Origin: Candidatus Bathyarchaeia archaeon
GTDB lineage: Archaea; Thermoproteota; Bathyarchaeia; Bathyarchaeales; Bathycorpusculaceae
Assembly: GCA_038882655.1 (NCBI GenBank)
Contig: JAVZNT010000009.1
Coordinates: forward strand, 1-38,298
Direction of reading: 5' to 3'
DNA length: 38,298 nt
The notes under the pieces were generated by a model. The model was not told where the DNA came from, did no database searches, and worked only from the letters and a program-made list of their open reading frames with translations. Below are positions 36,570 to 38,298 of this stretch, piece by piece; the stretch's first letter is position 1, and each line of letters opens with the position of its first letter. A program made the position numbers and the translations under genes.

Positions 36570-37991
36570 TTGGCAGACGCTTTAAAAAGAAGCTTAGGCA
36601 TACCGATGGGAGACCTATCCCATTTTAGAAAGAGACCGGTGGCTACGCTTGCCATAGTAGCCGTTAACATTGCAGTCTATGCCATAACATCCTACGAGAA
36701 TATTTTCCTAGAGATAAGTGATTACTGGGTAAGCGCTGGAGGCTTTGTTCCAGCACTAACGCCGATGCCAACCCAATGGTATAGGGTTTTCTCCTCAATG
36801 TTTTTGCATGCCGACTTCTTCCACATCCTATTTAACATGTACTTCCTCTACATCTTTGGGCGGGCGGTTGAAGAAGCCCTTGGCAGATGGCGTTTTCTAG
36901 CCCTATACATGGTCTCAGGCATAGTCGCATCCATATTTCACACAGCCTTCAGCTTTCTGGGCGGGGCAACAGCCTACGTGATTCCAGCCATAGGCGCTTC
37001 AGGAGCCATAAGCGGGGTTTTAGGCGCTTATTTGATTCTTTTTCCAGGCACGTCGCTGGTTATGGGATGGTTCTTCTTTTTTCCAATGTTTTTTAGGTTG
37101 AAGGCGGCCTACTACCTCCTTTTCTGGTTTGCAACCCAAGTTATTTATGGCTATGCTAGGCTCGGCGGAAGCACAGCCGTCTTCGCCCACGCAGGAGGCT
37201 TCATAGCTGGCATAGCGATTTTACCACTAGTTGCCAGCAGAGAAAGGCTTATCCAGTTTAGGCTTGCAAGACAAGCCGCCTTTCCAGCCTATGTAGTTTT
37301 TGCGCCGACACCAGCTAAAACCTTTGGTCTAGGGCGCACCACAAAAGCGATGGTGACAGTGCTTTTGGTTTCGCTTCTTTTTGGAGCAGCATACGCTTCA
37401 ACAGGGCTTTCCATCAGAGGCGACATAAAATCGGCAACAGTCCAATACGCTTTTGAGGGAACACCATACGTTGATTATATTGGTCTTCAATTACCAAACA
37501 TTGAAAGCCAGATTATCAGCATATCTCTAGACACCACGAGGATATTGTTGAGTAGGTTGTATATTGCTGGGCTACTTTATAACGAAACTAAAGCTGGTGA
37601 AGACGTCGGCATAAACAATTGGAACGTTAAACTGCGGGTATTGGTGAAAGTTGGGAGGCAAACTGTTCCAGTGAACATAGATCTAAGAGTGACCTACTTT
37701 AATGGACGATATGATGAAGAGGGATTCTTAAATTATGGTAAAGGTGAACTGGCGACTCAAATAATACAAATAGATTCTTATGGAACAATAACCCTCAGCG
37801 ATCTAGTAAGCTATGATTTTGAATTATCCTCCCAGACGGTGAACCTTACATATATAACGCAGTATACTGGGATTATGTCTCTTGTGGCTACTGCCGCCGC
37901 CCTCAGCGTGGCTGTTATGAAGGATAGGGATTTGGCGCTTATAGGTGAAGAGTCTAGAAGGGTTTGGCATCCTTTCACGCCTGTTACATAG
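36570..37991 (+). CDS. rhomboid intramembrane serine protease with long C-terminal extension
   Basis: WYR, MFLHA..FHILFNM, GASGAISG (Ser) and AHAGG (His). Confidence 0.92.
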   Translation: MADALKRSLGIPMGDLSHFRKRPVATLAIVAVNIAVYAITSYENIFLEISDYWVSAGGFVPALTPMPTQWYRVFSSMFLHADFFHILFNMYFLYIFGRAVEEALGRWRFLALYMVSGIVASIFHTAFSFLGGATAYVIPAIGASGAISGVLGAYLILFPGTSLVMGWFFFFPMFFRLKAAYYLLFWFATQVIYGYARLGGSTAVFAHAGGFIAGIAILPLVASRERLIQFRLARQAAFPAYVVFAPTPAKTFGLGRTTKAMVTVLLVSLLFGAAYASTGLSIRGDIKSATVQYAFEGTPYVDYIGLQLPNIESQIISISLDTTRILLSRLYIAGLLYNETKAGEDVGINNWNVKLRVLVKVGRQTVPVNIDLRVTYFNGRYDEEGFLNYGKGELATQIIQIDSYGTITLSDLVSYDFELSSQTVNLTYITQYTGIMSLVATAAALSVAVMKDRDLALIGEESRRVWHPFTPVT

Positions 37992-38037
37992 GAAAGTTTA
38001 AAATGCAAATGGGAATAATGCCTAAGAGGGTTTTGGT

Positions 38038-38298
38038 GTGGTTCGGCGCTTTTATCCGAATCAACCTGTTGTTGGCGTCGGAGCCATAATAATCTGTGAT
38101 GGGAAAATTTTGTTGGAGAAGCGAAAGGGCGAGCCTGGGAAGGGTAAGTGGAGTGTTCCTGGCGGCTTGGTGGAGCTTGGCGAGAGAGCTGAAGACGCCG
38201 TTATAAGGGAGGTTAAGGAGGAGACTGGCTTGGATGTGGCTGATCCAGAGCTTATTGATGTTGTTGACAATATTGTTCGGGACGAGAATGGTGAGGTA
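38038..38298 (+). CDS. Nudix hydrolase (ADP-ribose pyrophosphatase-like), truncated at the window end; absent from the ORF track
   Basis: MVRRFYPNQPVVGVGAIIICDGKILLEKRKGEPGKGKWSVPGGLVELGERAEDAVIREVKEETG contains a complete Nudix box. Confidence 0.92.
   Translation, partial: MVRRFYPNQPVVGVGAIIICDGKILLEKRKGEPGKGKWSVPGGLVELGERAEDAVIREVKEETGLDVADPELIDVVDNIVRDENGEV

Noticed and set aside
1-38298. CRISPR arrays, rRNA genes, transposases or tandem repeat arrays
   Set aside because: None seen by eye; short or degenerate repeats could have been missed without computation.

Overview
Archaeal chromosomal window, most likely Bathyarchaeia/TACK; this is inferred from gene content (archaeal S12/S7/aEF-1alpha, short XPF, archaeal PyrH, IorAB) and from TATA-type promoters. 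About 40 genes are present. Housekeeping genes include cysS, rps12, rps7, a DRG GTPase, tuf, pyrH and XPF. A long acyl-CoA/2-oxoacid cluster contains iorAB, crotonase, 3-hydroxyacyl-CoA dehydrogenase, acyl-CoA dehydrogenase, a two-subunit CoA-transferase and a divergent AksA/homocitrate-synthase-like gene. That cluster directly abuts the archaeal LipS2/LipS1 lipoyl-synthase pair, and a lipoate ligase/octanoyltransferase lies elsewhere in the window. Transport and membrane genes include an SSS symporter with an unannotated small partner, two CaCA exchangers, a PadR-ABC exporter, a rhomboid and a Nudix gene. The left end is AT-rich and looks accessory, with a frameshifted RHH/CcdA-like remnant, a tRNA-3'-end-like motif and an archaeal pentameric ligand-gated ion channel. 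The most notable unexplained items are: a ~124-nt, highly base-paired element with its own TATA box upstream of a small ORF and cysS; the active-site-altered AksA-like gene next to lipS1/lipS2; and a regulator plus two small proteins that share an FxKELxxAGM motif. No tRNA, rRNA or CRISPR array was seen. All calls come from reading motifs by eye; no database searches were run.
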